Shown: one piece after another, positions 47,855 through 59,121 of the stretch
Layout: every line of letters begins with the position of its first letter
Position numbering within the stretch: the first letter of the stretch is position 1
Assembly: GCA_010093745.1 (NCBI GenBank)
Contig: MU005961.1
Span: 62,001 to 126,000 of the forward strand
Direction of reading: 5' to 3'
Source: Piedraia hortae CBS 480.64
Taxonomy: Eukaryota
Length of the DNA: 64,000 nt
Made by a program: the position numbers and the translations under genes
The notes under the pieces: generated by a model
Databases searched by the model: none
What the model saw: only the letters and a program-made list of their open reading frames with translations
Told to the model about the DNA's origin: nothing

Positions 47855-49255
47855 AGAATCTTCGTTGACATCGCCTTGGCAAGTCAAGACCCTGCATTTG
47901 ACGCTCGCGGCCCGGCCCTAGCTGCTGATTTGACAAATCGGGCCGCAAAGAGGCGTTCTCTCCAACCCCTGCATGGGGCATCAGGAGCTGTTAAGAAAAT
48001 AAATTCAATAAATAAGTGGGTCTGCAAGGCATTTACCTCAGGCACCACACGCTAGTTCGATACAAGTAATTACAATATCTTGGTGAGATAATTTGGATTA
48101 CGTCAGCAGTTACGCGTAATTTTTCGATCGGACCGGCCTGAAGTTGATGCCTTGCGAACCCACTTATTGAATTTATTTTCTTAATAGCCCTTATGTGCAT
48201 AGAGAGCGTTGATCAGACGTCATCTTCCTTCCTTCCCAAAGTAAGCCTACAGGCGTACCTTCCCTCCCTGTCTTTATAGCACTATATCAGCGCCGCAACT
48301 GGTCTCTTTTCCTCTCATCACAACACAATCATCTCTTCATCTTCTCCCAGAAACGAACCTGTTCATCAAAGCTCTCTTCGCCGCTCTCAGCCTACTAGGC
48401 TTGCAGACCTCCTCCATCCGTCGCACAAGGAAGCTGCTGAGTCTCCAGCTTACCTACCTATGGCTTGAGCAATGATGTCGAAACCCATTCTCCTACCAGG
48501 ATAGGACAGTCACATAGCTCGGGTCGACCGAAGACGAAGCTTCAAGGGGTCCAACAACCTTCGGAAGCTGGTGCCATCCTCACAGGCTAGCAGAAAATGG
48601 TGCCGTGGCACATGAACACCAAGAGCGGGATGAGAATAGGAACTGGGAGACGGCAATGGAGGAGAAGACAAACATGCATACCCCGGAGCTATAATTTCCG
48701 TCACATTCTTACGAGTTATATACCAACGAGTGAGCCCGTGGACGCTATCAAGAATGCCTCAGAATTTGGTATTAGGGCTGTCATAGTATCAGGGAATCAG
48801 AAAGAATGAAGTCGACCAACCAGGTGACAAGATATTTCCTGACCTGGAATCCTCAAGGAACATGGGCGGACATGAAGTTATCACAGCACCATTTATCTCT
48901 TGCATCGAGGATATACGCGCCTAGTGAAGTCTGTAGGGATCACAGTAATTCGTAGTGAGTGTATTGTAACATTAAGCCGACGTAAAAAACATCCAGGAGG
49001 TTTCATGCCTACGTCTTGCGGATCGCCCCGCTACGGACCGACCCTAGTGGCCCCACTATCACTGCCTTTCCTCTGCTTCGTCATGCATTGTTCACTGTCT
49101 CTTTCTCGCCTCCTATACGTTCGTCCTGAGCTCATATCATACCTCGAGTCAGTTCCCAGCTCACGTTGCCTGTCATCAAATTCGCGTCGTTACAGGGAGG
49201 TCGTAAATCTGTGCTGACACAACCAGCGTCGATACTCAAGAATACATATTATCAT

Positions 49256-51547
49256 ATGGCGAAGTGCAATTATGCCTTTGGCCCGGAGGATTGGGATGTT
49301 CGAAATCTTCCAGACTGGAACGATGACTTGGTGAATAAGGATGATATTCTTGCTTTTGCCTCAGCCTTGTCGACTTCAGATTTACCCCCACCAGCCGACT
49401 CACCGATTGAAGAGAAGGAGGTTGGAGGAGGGGCACAGTTCATTACTGCTCTTAATGACTGGAGACCGGTTAGGCAACGAGTCAGGAGGCCTAAAGTGAA
49501 GAAGAAGCCGCGCAGAGGCAAGGACGAGACGAGAGAGGGCTGGACCTATTGCGTAGTCAAATACCCCTTCCTGTTCTTTGTATTAGGCTGGATCGTCTTC
49601 CTCGGTGCAGCATATCTCCTAACCAGGCTTTATATCTACATATATGAACAGTGTTTTGGATGGCACGGCAAGAGCGATAAGCTGCGGAGGAGGCTGAGGG
49701 AGCAGACGAATTACAGTGACTGGGTCAAGGCTGCGAAAGACCTCGATAGATGTCTGGGTAATGACCGATGGAAGGAGAGAGATGAATATGCGTATTACGA
49801 CCATCTAACCATCAGACGTGCGACTGAACAGCTGAGAAAGTTGAGAGGAGAAGCTGAAGGAAAGGAAAACGGACCGCCAAACGGCGTAGGAGGGAGGAGA
49901 CCGATTGATGAACTAAGAAGTCTCGTTGAAACCTGCGTCAAGAACAACTTTGCCGGCTTCGAGAATCCCAAACTCTACTCGGAAACTTATTACGGCACCA
50001 AAGTGCTTGTGCAGAGATTCATCGACGAATTGTCCATTTCGCTCAGGTTTCTAAAGTCCACCCGGCAGCTGACGCTGACGGAGAAGAGCGAATTGTTTTC
50101 CCATCTTAGCACCAACTTTGGCCGGACCGCATTGTGTCTCAGCGGCGGGGCAACGTTTGCATACTACCATTTTGGCATTGCCAAAGCCCTGTTGGATGCT
50201 GAGCTTCTCCCCAAGATTGTGACCGGAACCTCAGGCGGGGCACTGGTAGCCGCCTTGCTAGCCACGCGAACAGACGAAGAGCTGAAAAGACTCCTCATCC
50301 CGGCTTTGGCCTCTCGCATCACGGCCTGCAGCGAACCATTTAATGTCTGGCTGCAGAGATGGTGGCGGACGGGGGCCCGGTTTGACAGCATCGATTGGGC
50401 GCGTCTCTGTTCATGGATGACATACGGCAGTCTCACCTTCCGCGAAGCCTACCTCCGGACCGGAAGGATCCTCAACGTATCCTGCGTCCCATCTGACCCC
50501 CACAGCCCAGCAATTCTAGCAAACTACCTCACCGCGCCCGACTGTGTGATCTGGTCCGCCGTCCTAGCCTCAGCAGCCGTACCCGGGATCCTCAACCCGG
50601 TCGTCCTCATGCGCAAGAACCGCGACGGACGCCTGGAACCATATAGTTTCGGCCACAAATGGAAAGACGGCAGCTTACGCACCGACATCCCTCTCAAAAG
50701 CCTCAACCTCCACTTCAACGTAAACTTTTCCATCGTATCCCAAGTCAACCCCCACATTAAACTCTTCTTCTTCTCCTCACGAGGAACCGTCGGTCGCCCT
50801 GTAACCCACCGTCGCGGCCGAGGTTGGCGGGGCGGATTCCTCGGCAGCGCGATCGAACAGTACCTCAAACTCGATCTCAACAAATGGCTCAAAGTCCTCC
50901 GCCAACTCGAACTCCTCCCTCGTCCTCTAGGCCAAGACTGGTCCGAAGTCTGGCTCCAACGTTTCCGGGGCACAATAACCGTCTGGCCCAAAACCCAACT
51001 TTCAGACTTTTACTACATCCTCTCCGACCCCGACATGCGTCGTCTCGCGCGAATGTTGCTTGTAGGTCAGCAGGCCGCGTGGCCGAAATTGAAATTCATC
51101 GAGAACCGTATGGATGTGGAGAAGGTCATTCGTCAAGGTGTGGATGAGTTTGTGCGTGATGGATCGACACCAGTGCCGGTGCTGAGTGCAGAGGATTTGC
51201 AGCAAATGCTTTCTCAGGCGAGAGAGAGAAATCCGGTTAAGTTGCCGCCAAGGCCGGTTAATGGGGAGTATAGACTTGATATTCCCCGGGAGAGTTTTGG
51301 ACAGAGGGTTTCGAGTTGGTTGGATGGGGGTTTTGGGAGGAAGGGGGGGAATATTAATGCTTCGCCTGAGGATTCGTCGACGCCGACGCAGAAGAATCCT
51401 TACCCTGCTGCGCTGGATGAGATTAAGAGACAGTCGAGTGTTTTTTGGGATGATGAGGATGAGACTACGGGTGGGGAGACAACGGATGAGGATGATGATG
51501 ATGATGATAGGACTGTTGTAAGGTATAAGGAGCACTTGTCAGAGTAG
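49256..51547 (+). CDS. Patatin-like triacylglycerol lipase/phospholipase (Tgl3/4/5 family, DUF3336)
   Basis: GRTALCLSGGA oxyanion motif, GTSGG nucleophile, WSAVLASAAVPG, WKDGS and an N-terminal TM segment. Confidence 0.93.
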   Translation: MAKCNYAFGPEDWDVRNLPDWNDDLVNKDDILAFASALSTSDLPPPADSPIEEKEVGGGAQFITALNDWRPVRQRVRRPKVKKKPRRGKDETREGWTYCVVKYPFLFFVLGWIVFLGAAYLLTRLYIYIYEQCFGWHGKSDKLRRRLREQTNYSDWVKAAKDLDRCLGNDRWKERDEYAYYDHLTIRRATEQLRKLRGEAEGKENGPPNGVGGRRPIDELRSLVETCVKNNFAGFENPKLYSETYYGTKVLVQRFIDELSISLRFLKSTRQLTLTEKSELFSHLSTNFGRTALCLSGGATFAYYHFGIAKALLDAELLPKIVTGTSGGALVAALLATRTDEELKRLLIPALASRITACSEPFNVWLQRWWRTGARFDSIDWARLCSWMTYGSLTFREAYLRTGRILNVSCVPSDPHSPAILANYLTAPDCVIWSAVLASAAVPGILNPVVLMRKNRDGRLEPYSFGHKWKDGSLRTDIPLKSLNLHFNVNFSIVSQVNPHIKLFFFSSRGTVGRPVTHRRGRGWRGGFLGSAIEQYLKLDLNKWLKVLRQLELLPRPLGQDWSEVWLQRFRGTITVWPKTQLSDFYYILSDPDMRRLARMLLVGQQAAWPKLKFIENRMDVEKVIRQGVDEFVRDGSTPVPVLSAEDLQQMLSQARERNPVKLPPRPVNGEYRLDIPRESFGQRVSSWLDGGFGRKGGNINASPEDSSTPTQKNPYPAALDEIKRQSSVFWDDEDETTGGETTDEDDDDDDRTVVRYKEHLSE

Positions 51548-51708
51548 ATACACTAGAATTCAGAAACGAGGTTTCAGAAACTGATATATATATTCAATGT
51601 ACTCGCAATAAATGATTGTTTAGATATGTATTCGTGTTAATGCATATATATGCTTCGCAAACTCCAGCTTTCAAAATGTTCTTCGAGATATCTTCCATAT
51701 CCACCCAT

Positions 51709-53331
51709 CTAGCCTGGATCTGGCTCGGGCTTGAACTCCCCTTCGAACACCAGGGTCGATTGGGTGTCTTGACATGGCTGAGAATAGCCAACGGGAACCG
51801 ACATGTGCGGTGGTATAGTGTCATTGTAGGGAACATCACATGCATCCGTACTAGCACTTGCGTCGTCGTAGATTCCGCTAAGGCTCGAAGGCACGGCAGG
51901 AATGCCGAATCCTGGCGTGGGAAAGTTTGTAAGCGACTCTCCAATCTTGGACATCAAAAGAGGCATGTATCGCTCTTGGCCGCCACGGAGAGTCGATATA
52001 AGATTTACCAGCTGGGCAAGGTAGTCTCTCGGTCCATACTCAAACGTGTTTTGTTCGTACGGCACAAATGTTAGCACGTCTGTTAGCGTGCATGCCACGT
52101 CGAACAACTTCTGCACAAGTCCAATGCCGTGCACCTCCATGGCCTGTTGCGAGAACTGGCTGGCCGCGGCCACAAGATCTCCGGAGACCTCAAGCGGGAA
52201 GTTGAATGACAATGAATTTTCGGCCGCGGCTGATGAGAGAAATCCGAGGCTAATGGAGAGCTGCCAGACCATAGTCCGGAGCCACTGCTGCGTGCATCTC
52301 AGGTCGACTGCCTGGTTTTCGGTGCTACGCAAATATGCCGGTAGTGCATCCGAAAGCTGTTGCTGGAGCTGTGCCAGCCACTGTGTCGTGCATCCTGTCT
52401 TGGCCTTATTCCAGACTCCAACAAAAGTTTCATCAAACGGCTTGAACAAACGCACTAGACTAATGAACCCACTGAGCTCTACGGCCTCCTCTGAGCCTTC
52501 TTCTACCGTAGGCATCTCAATTGTTGCTGGAAGCGTCAGGGGCCGGTGCTGCTGCAATGCGTACGCCCGCTCCGTCAGAAACAGGAGCCAATACAGCCGG
52601 CGCTGGCGTATGCTTTCTTGTTCCTCGAGCAAGGCGTAATGCCCTTCGTCAGCCAGGCCCATCATGTGCGTCAGAGTTGTCGCTTCACGCATATGGAACC
52701 AAGCTGTATTGTGTTTGTTCAAACAAAAGTGGCTGGCAAAGATGAAGAATGAAGTCAAGATACTCCATATCGTGCAGTTCTCAACGTAATTGTAGTTCTT
52801 GCGCACCCGCAACACATCCTGCAAAAGGGAATTTCCAAAGTTCGCGTCCGCCTGTGGTGATTTCTTCGTACCGTCCGCCGTAAAGGTCATGTTTGGTTGA
52901 ATCAGCATATAGGCACAAACAGACAGGACAAGACAGTAGGCTTCAACATTGGACTCCATTTCAGCAACGGCGGTGACCATATCTTGGCGTATAAGAATGG
53001 GTTGGGTAGGATAGAGGTTCACAAAGAAATACTCGATGCACGACCACATCAGCTCGTCAGTCAACATGCTGGGCCTCGACATGCCAGATGGGGATAACTG
53101 AGCCATGTCTAGAACTGAGCCGTGGCCCCGCGTTTCTCGCAGGGCGGAAATGATCTTGGCTCGGCTGCCTTTAGGGCCTTTTTTCTGTGGGACAGCATTG
53201 AATGTGCAACTCAAGTTTGCTGCAGAACAGTTTTTGCAAGGCAACACACCATTCCCCACGCACTTGACCTTTCTCCGATGACAGGCATCACAAGCTCGCT
53301 TTACGGGACCCGAACCAGCACCGTTGGGCAT
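51709..53331 (-). CDS. Zn2Cys6 transcription factor (Mal/AmyR/COL-26-BglR-like)
   Basis: ACDACHRRKVKC....PCKNC....LSC, PQKKGPKG, and a Fungal_trans region RRLYWLLFLTERAYALQ. True start inferred at MPNGAG. Confidence 0.9.
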   Translation of the reverse strand: MPNGAGSGPVKRACDACHRRKVKCVGNGVLPCKNCSAANLSCTFNAVPQKKGPKGSRAKIISALRETRGHGSVLDMAQLSPSGMSRPSMLTDELMWSCIEYFFVNLYPTQPILIRQDMVTAVAEMESNVEAYCLVLSVCAYMLIQPNMTFTADGTKKSPQADANFGNSLLQDVLRVRKNYNYVENCTIWSILTSFFIFASHFCLNKHNTAWFHMREATTLTHMMGLADEGHYALLEEQESIRQRRLYWLLFLTERAYALQQHRPLTLPATIEMPTVEEGSEEAVELSGFISLVRLFKPFDETFVGVWNKAKTGCTTQWLAQLQQQLSDALPAYLRSTENQAVDLRCTQQWLRTMVWQLSISLGFLSSAAAENSLSFNFPLEVSGDLVAAASQFSQQAMEVHGIGLVQKLFDVACTLTDVLTFVPYEQNTFEYGPRDYLAQLVNLISTLRGGQERYMPLLMSKIGESLTNFPTPGFGIPAVPSSLSGIYDDASASTDACDVPYNDTIPPHMSVPVGYSQPCQDTQSTLVFEGEFKPEPDPG

Positions 53332-53674
53332 CGCTAGATATATGGGTACCCTTCCTGCACCGGCAAGGGTGACCACGTTATCAACAACACAGCTACGCCA
53401 GCTACGCCAGGAGAGCTTTAACTGGAACACGTCTACCCAGCCCCACCTGATTGCAGGAAACAGGGCGGCGCATTCCAGGCGACACCGATGAGAGATTTCA
53501 CGATTGGTAAGCCAGTTACATCCTGGTATGACGTGTATGATGCATGCCACCTGGTTTCTGATTGGCCACTGTCGACGCCGGGGCGGACGTACCCCGCACT
53601 TGGTCCCACACATTCGGCTACTCCGACGGCAACTTCCGAAAAGAGGCAAAGTGGTTGTTGCAATCTGCAGCTGC

Positions 53675-54619
53675 CTACAGCTTGGCCGCCATGCGACTAC
53701 CACCCTCGCAGCGGTCTAGAATCCACTTGGCCATATCTGCGCACGCTATGTCCTTGTCCTTCCCGGGCTCCAGATGTAATTTGTGATACCACCCCTCGTA
53801 CATCTTGAGCTCCTTGTCTTCCACCGCTGTATGCTTAAACAGCTCTTGCACAGCTGGCCACGAGCATATCTGGTCATCGGTGCCCATTGTAATTAGCAGT
53901 CTCGTCTTGCCTCCCTCGCCTACCCCATCCATCACCCGTACTGTACCCGTTTCCAGTGCACGTGCACGGTCTAGCATGCCAGCTAGGCCTGCAAGAGTAC
54001 CCATGTTGTGGCACAGTGGATCGTTGTCAAATGCTTGGGCAACCTCTTCGTCTCGACAGATGGTAGACGAGTCGAGCTTCTGCATCTTTTGCATGTGCGG
54101 CAGTACCATGGCTGCTACCCGGCCGAGCATGACCGTGATTCGAAACGGCTGGGCTTTGGGATGCAGGGCCACAAACGGGGCCTCGACGATGAACCCTCGA
54201 ATCTTGCTCAAGATGTCCTTGGGCCCCGCGGCGGCATAATACAAGGTTTCTTGGCCTCCCATGCTGTGGCCCATCATAAACAATGGCAGGTGCTGGTCGC
54301 TTTGCTGCGACAATGTATGGCGGACGAAGAAGCTTATATCGTCCATGACCTGCTGTGTCCCACCGCACTTGCCACGGTCTTGAGGTAGTAGCGCGCTTCT
54401 TCCCCATCCTCTCTGGTCAAAGGTGTAAGTGATTATGCCACTATGGGCCAGGGTCGGGAACAAAGGGCCATGGAAGTTGCAGTGGTCACTGAATCCGTGG
54501 AGGAATACGAGCCGTGCCTTGACAGGTATAGATGCGACGGGTCTCCATGTCTTGGTATAAAGCTCCTGACCGTCTGGAGTTACAAGCGATCCTTCTTCTG
54601 TTGTGTACGAATTGCCCAT
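53675..54619 (-). CDS. Monoacylglycerol lipase / lysophospholipase (alpha/beta hydrolase, Yju3-like)
   Basis: LHGFSDH, FDQRGWGRS, GHSMGG nucleophile, GTDD and YEGWYHKLHLE. Confidence 0.92.
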   Translation of the reverse strand: MGNSYTTEEGSLVTPDGQELYTKTWRPVASIPVKARLVFLHGFSDHCNFHGPLFPTLAHSGIITYTFDQRGWGRSALLPQDRGKCGGTQQVMDDISFFVRHTLSQQSDQHLPLFMMGHSMGGQETLYYAAAGPKDILSKIRGFIVEAPFVALHPKAQPFRITVMLGRVAAMVLPHMQKMQKLDSSTICRDEEVAQAFDNDPLCHNMGTLAGLAGMLDRARALETGTVRVMDGVGEGGKTRLLITMGTDDQICSWPAVQELFKHTAVEDKELKMYEGWYHKLHLEPGKDKDIACADMAKWILDRCEGGSRMAAKL

Positions 54620-54916
54620 TGTCAGAGTCTGAGCCTGCAAGCTGCTGTCGGCTTCTGTTACCTCCACGTGCCAATGCTACCTCGGCCGGTGTAACCTGAA
54701 CCAGATCTGAGCGAGATTTTGGCTGCAGAAGAAACTACGAGGCAGTAGTTCTTTTAGTATTACGAATTTTTGCGTGGTCCAAGTCTTGGCACCCACTTGC
54801 TGCCTGTTTGTCCACAGCTAACTTACATCACGTGTCGAAGGTTGCTATGTAGACTAACGATTGTTAGCACCGCACATAATACAACAAGCTTCTTCCGTCC
54901 CTGACTTCTCCTTAAC

Positions 54917-55537
54917 ATGGACACGTTTACACTCCGCGTAGAGATGCAGCGCATGAAGCAGCAGTTGGCAGATCTTCAGTCCTCGCACGACCCTTTTCTC
55001 CTCCACCTTCGCGCTTCGAGGGCTGAACTTTACAACCTTGAGAACCGCTACTTGACACACAAAGCCAATTCTTGTTCGTGCAACAATCAAGCCATCCAGG
55101 AAAAACTGGACCGTCTCGAAGAATTCACAAAGGACGGGATTTCAGGCATTGCCAACCAGCTGAAGAAGCTCAACGAGAATATGGTCCAACTTCAGAAATC
55201 GTTAGATTCGTTGACCATGAACTTGATGACTCCTGCGGCAAGTGAGGGCATTGACGAGAACTATTTCAACAACCAAGCGTTTGACGCTGCTTGTAAGGAT
55301 GGCCCCCAACCTGCTGCTGTGTCCTCCCACATGGGAAGTTCAGTTGGAAGTGGAGAAACCATGATTCAGAAGCAGAAGATGCCAGCCTCGGGATCGTTCA
55401 ATGATGGCGCAGATACTCAGGCCGACGTGATGAGTGAACTTGCAGCTCTGAACCAGAGGATGGCAGCGCTTGACCACGGACTGAAGCAACGCCGTCAGGA
55501 GATTCAACAGCACTTTTTGAAGTCTGGAGCACTCTAA
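54917..55537 (+). CDS. Hypothetical coiled-coil protein
   Basis: 206-aa ATG ORF with heptad-rich N- and C-terminal helices. No family recognised. Confidence 0.65.
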   Translation: MDTFTLRVEMQRMKQQLADLQSSHDPFLLHLRASRAELYNLENRYLTHKANSCSCNNQAIQEKLDRLEEFTKDGISGIANQLKKLNENMVQLQKSLDSLTMNLMTPAASEGIDENYFNNQAFDAACKDGPQPAAVSSHMGSSVGSGETMIQKQKMPASGSFNDGADTQADVMSELAALNQRMAALDHGLKQRRQEIQQHFLKSGAL

Positions 55538-55790
55538 TATTGTAGCCGAGGCTTAATATGACAATTCTCTCTACAATTTCCTACCTACCGCCTTTCTACC
55601 TCTCCAAACGTTGCCGAGGCGCACACACACACACATGTTTGCTGACAATTAGAATGTACTCTTGGGGGAGGATCTCCAAGACTTTCGATCCCCCAAACTG
55701 ATAATGACGTTAACATGCATTCGGGCCCGAGAGAGAACTTTAAAAGCGCCTTCATGCCTCAATCAGCCCTAAGATCAGAGAGGTACCGCC

Positions 55791-56624
55791 ATGCCTTCCC
55801 ACTACTCTGACCACTCCCCGCCTCGCTTGTCTCACCATCGCTCTTCGCGCCGACCGTACTCAGACGACTACGACGACTATAGCACCCATCGGTCGCACCA
55901 CGGCGACCACGACCATGGCAGACGACCACGAAAAGTCGACTACGATGCCAGCGACGAAGACGACGAATACACCATCCGCAAACCCCGCCATGCCGACGAA
56001 GCAAAACGGGAGCCACCAACCACCAAAATCCCACCCCCACCCATTCCCAGCGCAGCCGACAAACTCCCTCGCGTAAATGGCGATAGCGAGCGGCGCGAAC
56101 CTCGGGAGCCCCACGACCCCCGGGAACGACGTCAGCGCGACTACGACCGTAACCGCCGGTACCCCCGCCCCCCGCATCCCGACCCCAACGACGACAACGA
56201 TTCAAGCGACTACCGCCCGCGAGCGCGTGCTCACGGAACTTCACGGCGCGGCTACAACGACCGGAGCCTTGATCGGGGCTACCGCACCGAAGCACCCCGT
56301 CGTAGACAATACCTTGACGACCACGACCGCGGGTATCGAACCGATCACCGCAGCCATCGTGACCGTGACCGTGACCGTGACCGCGACCGCGATGGAAGAA
56401 GACGTGAGGTCCGTCGCGAGGATTATAGGGACCCGTATGCGTCAGATCGGTATGCGCAGCCTACTAGCAGGGCTCGTCAGGCGCATGCGGCTAGAGAGGC
56501 GGCGAGGCATCATAAAGTCGATATGAACCAGGTATGGGTCCAGGGTCAGAAACATTGGAAGACGGTCGAGCCGATCGCCAAGCCGGTGCTTAGTGCACTG
56601 GCGAAGAAGTATCTTGCTGAGTGA
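55791..56624 (+). CDS. Hypothetical Arg/Asp-rich low-complexity protein
   Basis: 277-aa ORF with a (GACCGT)n RD repeat near 56359-56390 and a C-terminal amphipathic helix (WKTVEPIAKPVLSALAKKYL). Confidence 0.7.
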   Translation: MPSHYSDHSPPRLSHHRSSRRPYSDDYDDYSTHRSHHGDHDHGRRPRKVDYDASDEDDEYTIRKPRHADEAKREPPTTKIPPPPIPSAADKLPRVNGDSERREPREPHDPRERRQRDYDRNRRYPRPPHPDPNDDNDSSDYRPRARAHGTSRRGYNDRSLDRGYRTEAPRRRQYLDDHDRGYRTDHRSHRDRDRDRDRDRDGRRREVRREDYRDPYASDRYAQPTSRARQAHAAREAARHHKVDMNQVWVQGQKHWKTVEPIAKPVLSALAKKYLAE

Positions 56625-56777
56625 GTGAGATCAAAGGGGTGGTTTTTTGGTTATATGTAAGCTCTGGGGGTCGTTGCGGGCGGTAGACATATATCTATAC
56701 ATCGATATAAATGTGTTCATTTTGAAGTCCTAAGGGTGTAAGTGGGTTCGTAAAAGTGCGTCTGGCTCTACATTAAG

Positions 56778-57964
56778 CTACACAACCGCAAAAGCGCTGG
56801 CATAGCTGACGCTGCTGTCCCGTACCGATGAGACTTCTGAACTGCGTTCATACCGCACAAAGCGAAAAGTACCGCTTTGCAAGGTTTCCATTGCTGCCAT
56901 GATGACGCTGATGGGATGTCTCCCGCAGACAGTGTTTCCAGTGTCTTTTCATGGCATCAGTTCTGCATGCAGGGATTCCAAGACTAGGGATACACCTTAC
57001 CTTTCAACACGTCAACCCATTTGCTGAGCTTCCCGCTCTCGCAGGCTTCCATGCATTCTTCATCTACAGCTTTGATGCTCTCGTGGATGGGTGGGTCAAT
57101 GGGTTTGTGTGAGCTGGAGGTGAGATTTTGTGTTTTTCCACTCGACGGACGGTAATAAGTGTAATCGAATCGTAGACCCCAGTGACAGAAATCAGAGGAG
57201 ACGACAAAGGCCGTAGAAGGATCGGAAAGGTAGGGTGCAAGAAGCTTGCCGAGTTCCACCTCTGTTGAGGAAGATGTGTTGCCCACCATGATTGGAACAA
57301 GCAATGGAAACTTGGAGGAATCGTTGCCGAATGTTCTGTTGTTAGTCAGCCGAGTACTTTAAAGTCTGATTCAAAAACACATGCTGCGAAAAGAGTTTGT
57401 AAATGTACGGTAGGTGCATTTCTAGGCTATGTTCGGCCTCATCTACTGAGAGGGACATTGTTTCGAATTTTGAGGATTGCTGGAGCTCATCCGTCGTTTC
57501 TCGATCGATTACAAGATCGCCGAGGGGCGTGCTGTAATGCGTGCAGCCTGTTAAAGCAGCACGCCGGAGGTAGTGGTGATGGGATGGACCAAGAAGAAAT
57601 ACTCGTTTACTGGGATGGGTTAGGCCTTATGAAAGCTGATTGTAAGACAACTACTGACGCTTTGGAGACGTCCCAGGCCTTGTAAGCGTATGCCGCAGCC
57701 GGACCAGAATAAGCATAACCGGCATGGCTAGAGTAACTGAGTAAGAGGATGTAAGTATTTCAAAGCCACTTACGGCCCGATAATTACTCTTGCACCTGGC
57801 ACCGGTAGCTGAGTGACATTCTCGCTCTGTTTATGGTCAAGGCATGGTACTACTGGCGGGTCTACCGCGGCGAGCCACTCATCCAGTTCAGCATTAAGCT
57901 GAGACTTGGATGATTTGTACCAAGAACCAGCATGGCTGGGCCTGCGAACGGTATTTGTGGGCAT
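56778..57964 (-). CDS. MHO1: MEMO1 family protein (multi-exon)
   Basis: RRPSHAGSWY, IIGP|HAGYAYSG, FLLGPSHH, EHSLEMHLP, SSDFCHWG, TGNTVCGRHPI and DSSVSYAS. Several short introns, the first at 57728-57773. Confidence 0.93.
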
Positions 57965-58054
57965 CGGTCAACCGGGTTTCAGTTCGCTGTGCTGCTCAAC
58001 GTGCCCCACCATAATCTGCCACACTGTGGGGAAGATGAGATTAGATTGATTAAA

Positions 58055-58090
58055 ACGCGTTTGCGACGCGTGAGTTTATTACGCGACGCG
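58055..58090. promoter_or_regulatory. MCB cluster in the MEMO1 / zinc-finger gene divergent promoter
   Basis: ACGCGT at 58055-58060 and 58066-58071, plus ACGCGACGCG at 58081-58090. Confidence 0.6.
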
Positions 58091-58161
58091 CCCTGCCAAC
58101 CGAAACGAACTTCTTCTTTTCATACACCCATCTCTTTCCAGCAGCAATCACCACCGCAATT

Positions 58162-58770
58162 ATGGGCTTCAAACGCAAACGCGACTCTTTCTCAATACCG
58201 TCAGACTCAAGCAGCCCAGCGTCATCCACATCTTCATGGCTTCACAGCGATGACTATCTCATCAGTCGCACCATGAAGCGCCATCGCGACGACCGCCCAG
58301 CTGATAACACAGTCTATGGTGCGTCCTATTTGAGCGCAGAGTACTTTCACATGAGATCTCTTGCTGATGCATGTCGCAATGCAGCCCAAACCATGCAAAT
58401 ACTCTACGACGCCCAACGAGAACAACCTGATCGTCATTCCGCACCGCCATCTGCCCCTCCTCCTCTACGGCGCGCAATATCCGCCATGCCAATGAGCGGC
58501 CGCGGACCAATGTATACGCATCGAAACAATACACTACATTCCTTTTGGCACATCCAGAGCGAGGCTCCTCAGAGCGGTGCATCAACCCCAATGGATCTGG
58601 ACGAATCTATCAGTGGACCGCAGTGTCAAGATTGTGATCGGATGATTCCATGTGAGGGTGCTATGGATCTTGATGGCCAAGACTCGGCGTGTGGGGTATG
58701 TCAGAGGGTGGTCTGCAATCTCTGTGCGGTATCAGGCGATGTGAGGGTATGTTTGGTGTGTGTGCGGTGA
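58162..58770 (+). CDS. Conserved fungal zinc-finger protein (SIVA-like, see findings)
   Basis: KRKR NLS, RTMKRHRDDRP, in-frame 66-nt intron 58319-58384, NTLHSFW and four C-terminal CxxC pairs. Confidence 0.8.
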   Translation: MGFKRKRDSFSIPSDSSSPASSTSSWLHSDDYLISRTMKRHRDDRPADNTVYGASYLSAEYFHMRSLADACRNAAQTMQILYDAQREQPDRHSAPPSAPPPLRRAISAMPMSGRGPMYTHRNNTLHSFWHIQSEAPQSGASTPMDLDESISGPQCQDCDRMIPCEGAMDLDGQDSACGVCQRVVCNLCAVSGDVRVCLVCVR

Positions 58771-58983
58771 ATCAAGCGAACTGGTATGGTCTGAGCATGT
58801 TTGTCATTGCTCGCAATGTAGCATAGCAAAGCTGCGCTGCAAAGCGTTTCCATAATGTATACGTTCTCTTCCAACCTAATTTTTTCTCCAAGACATCTTC
58901 ACACAATTAAGCAACAAGAAATCGAAAAACCGTTACACGTCGCTGAGTATATTATCCACTACCCCGCTCTACGCACATGCAAT

Positions 58984-59069
58984 GGCCGACTGGTGTAGTG
59001 GTTATCACGTTTCGTTTACACCTCAGGAGGAATCCGAAAAGGTCGCTGGTTCGATCCCAGCGTCGGTCA
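58984..59069 (+). tRNA. tRNA-Val(TAC) with short intron
   Basis: Acceptor GGCCGAC/GTCGGTC, A-box TGGTGTAGTGG, anticodon stem TTTCG/CGAAA with TT-TAC-A, a ~13-nt intron and B-box GGTTCGATCCC. Confidence 0.9.
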
Positions 59070-59121
59070 ATCTCTTTTGCCTTCTTTTTGTCTTTCCAAA
59101 CTACAAAAACCTCAGACAAAC

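Noticed and set aside
47900..49250. 1.3-kb spacer between QRI7 and the patatin gene as a hidden gene or ncRNA
   Set aside because: Only short ORFs without motifs, and no tRNA, 5S or snRNA signature seen. Left unassigned.
23317..52639. Many long antisense ORFs over SMC1, MEF1, patatin and the Zn2Cys6 gene
   Set aside because: They are shadow ORFs of codon-biased genes with no independent motifs.
53332..53703. Long N-terminal extension of ORF 51709..53703
   Set aside because: It overlaps the lipase stop, uses a non-ATG start and looks non-coding. The Zn2Cys6 protein plausibly starts at the ATG at 53331.
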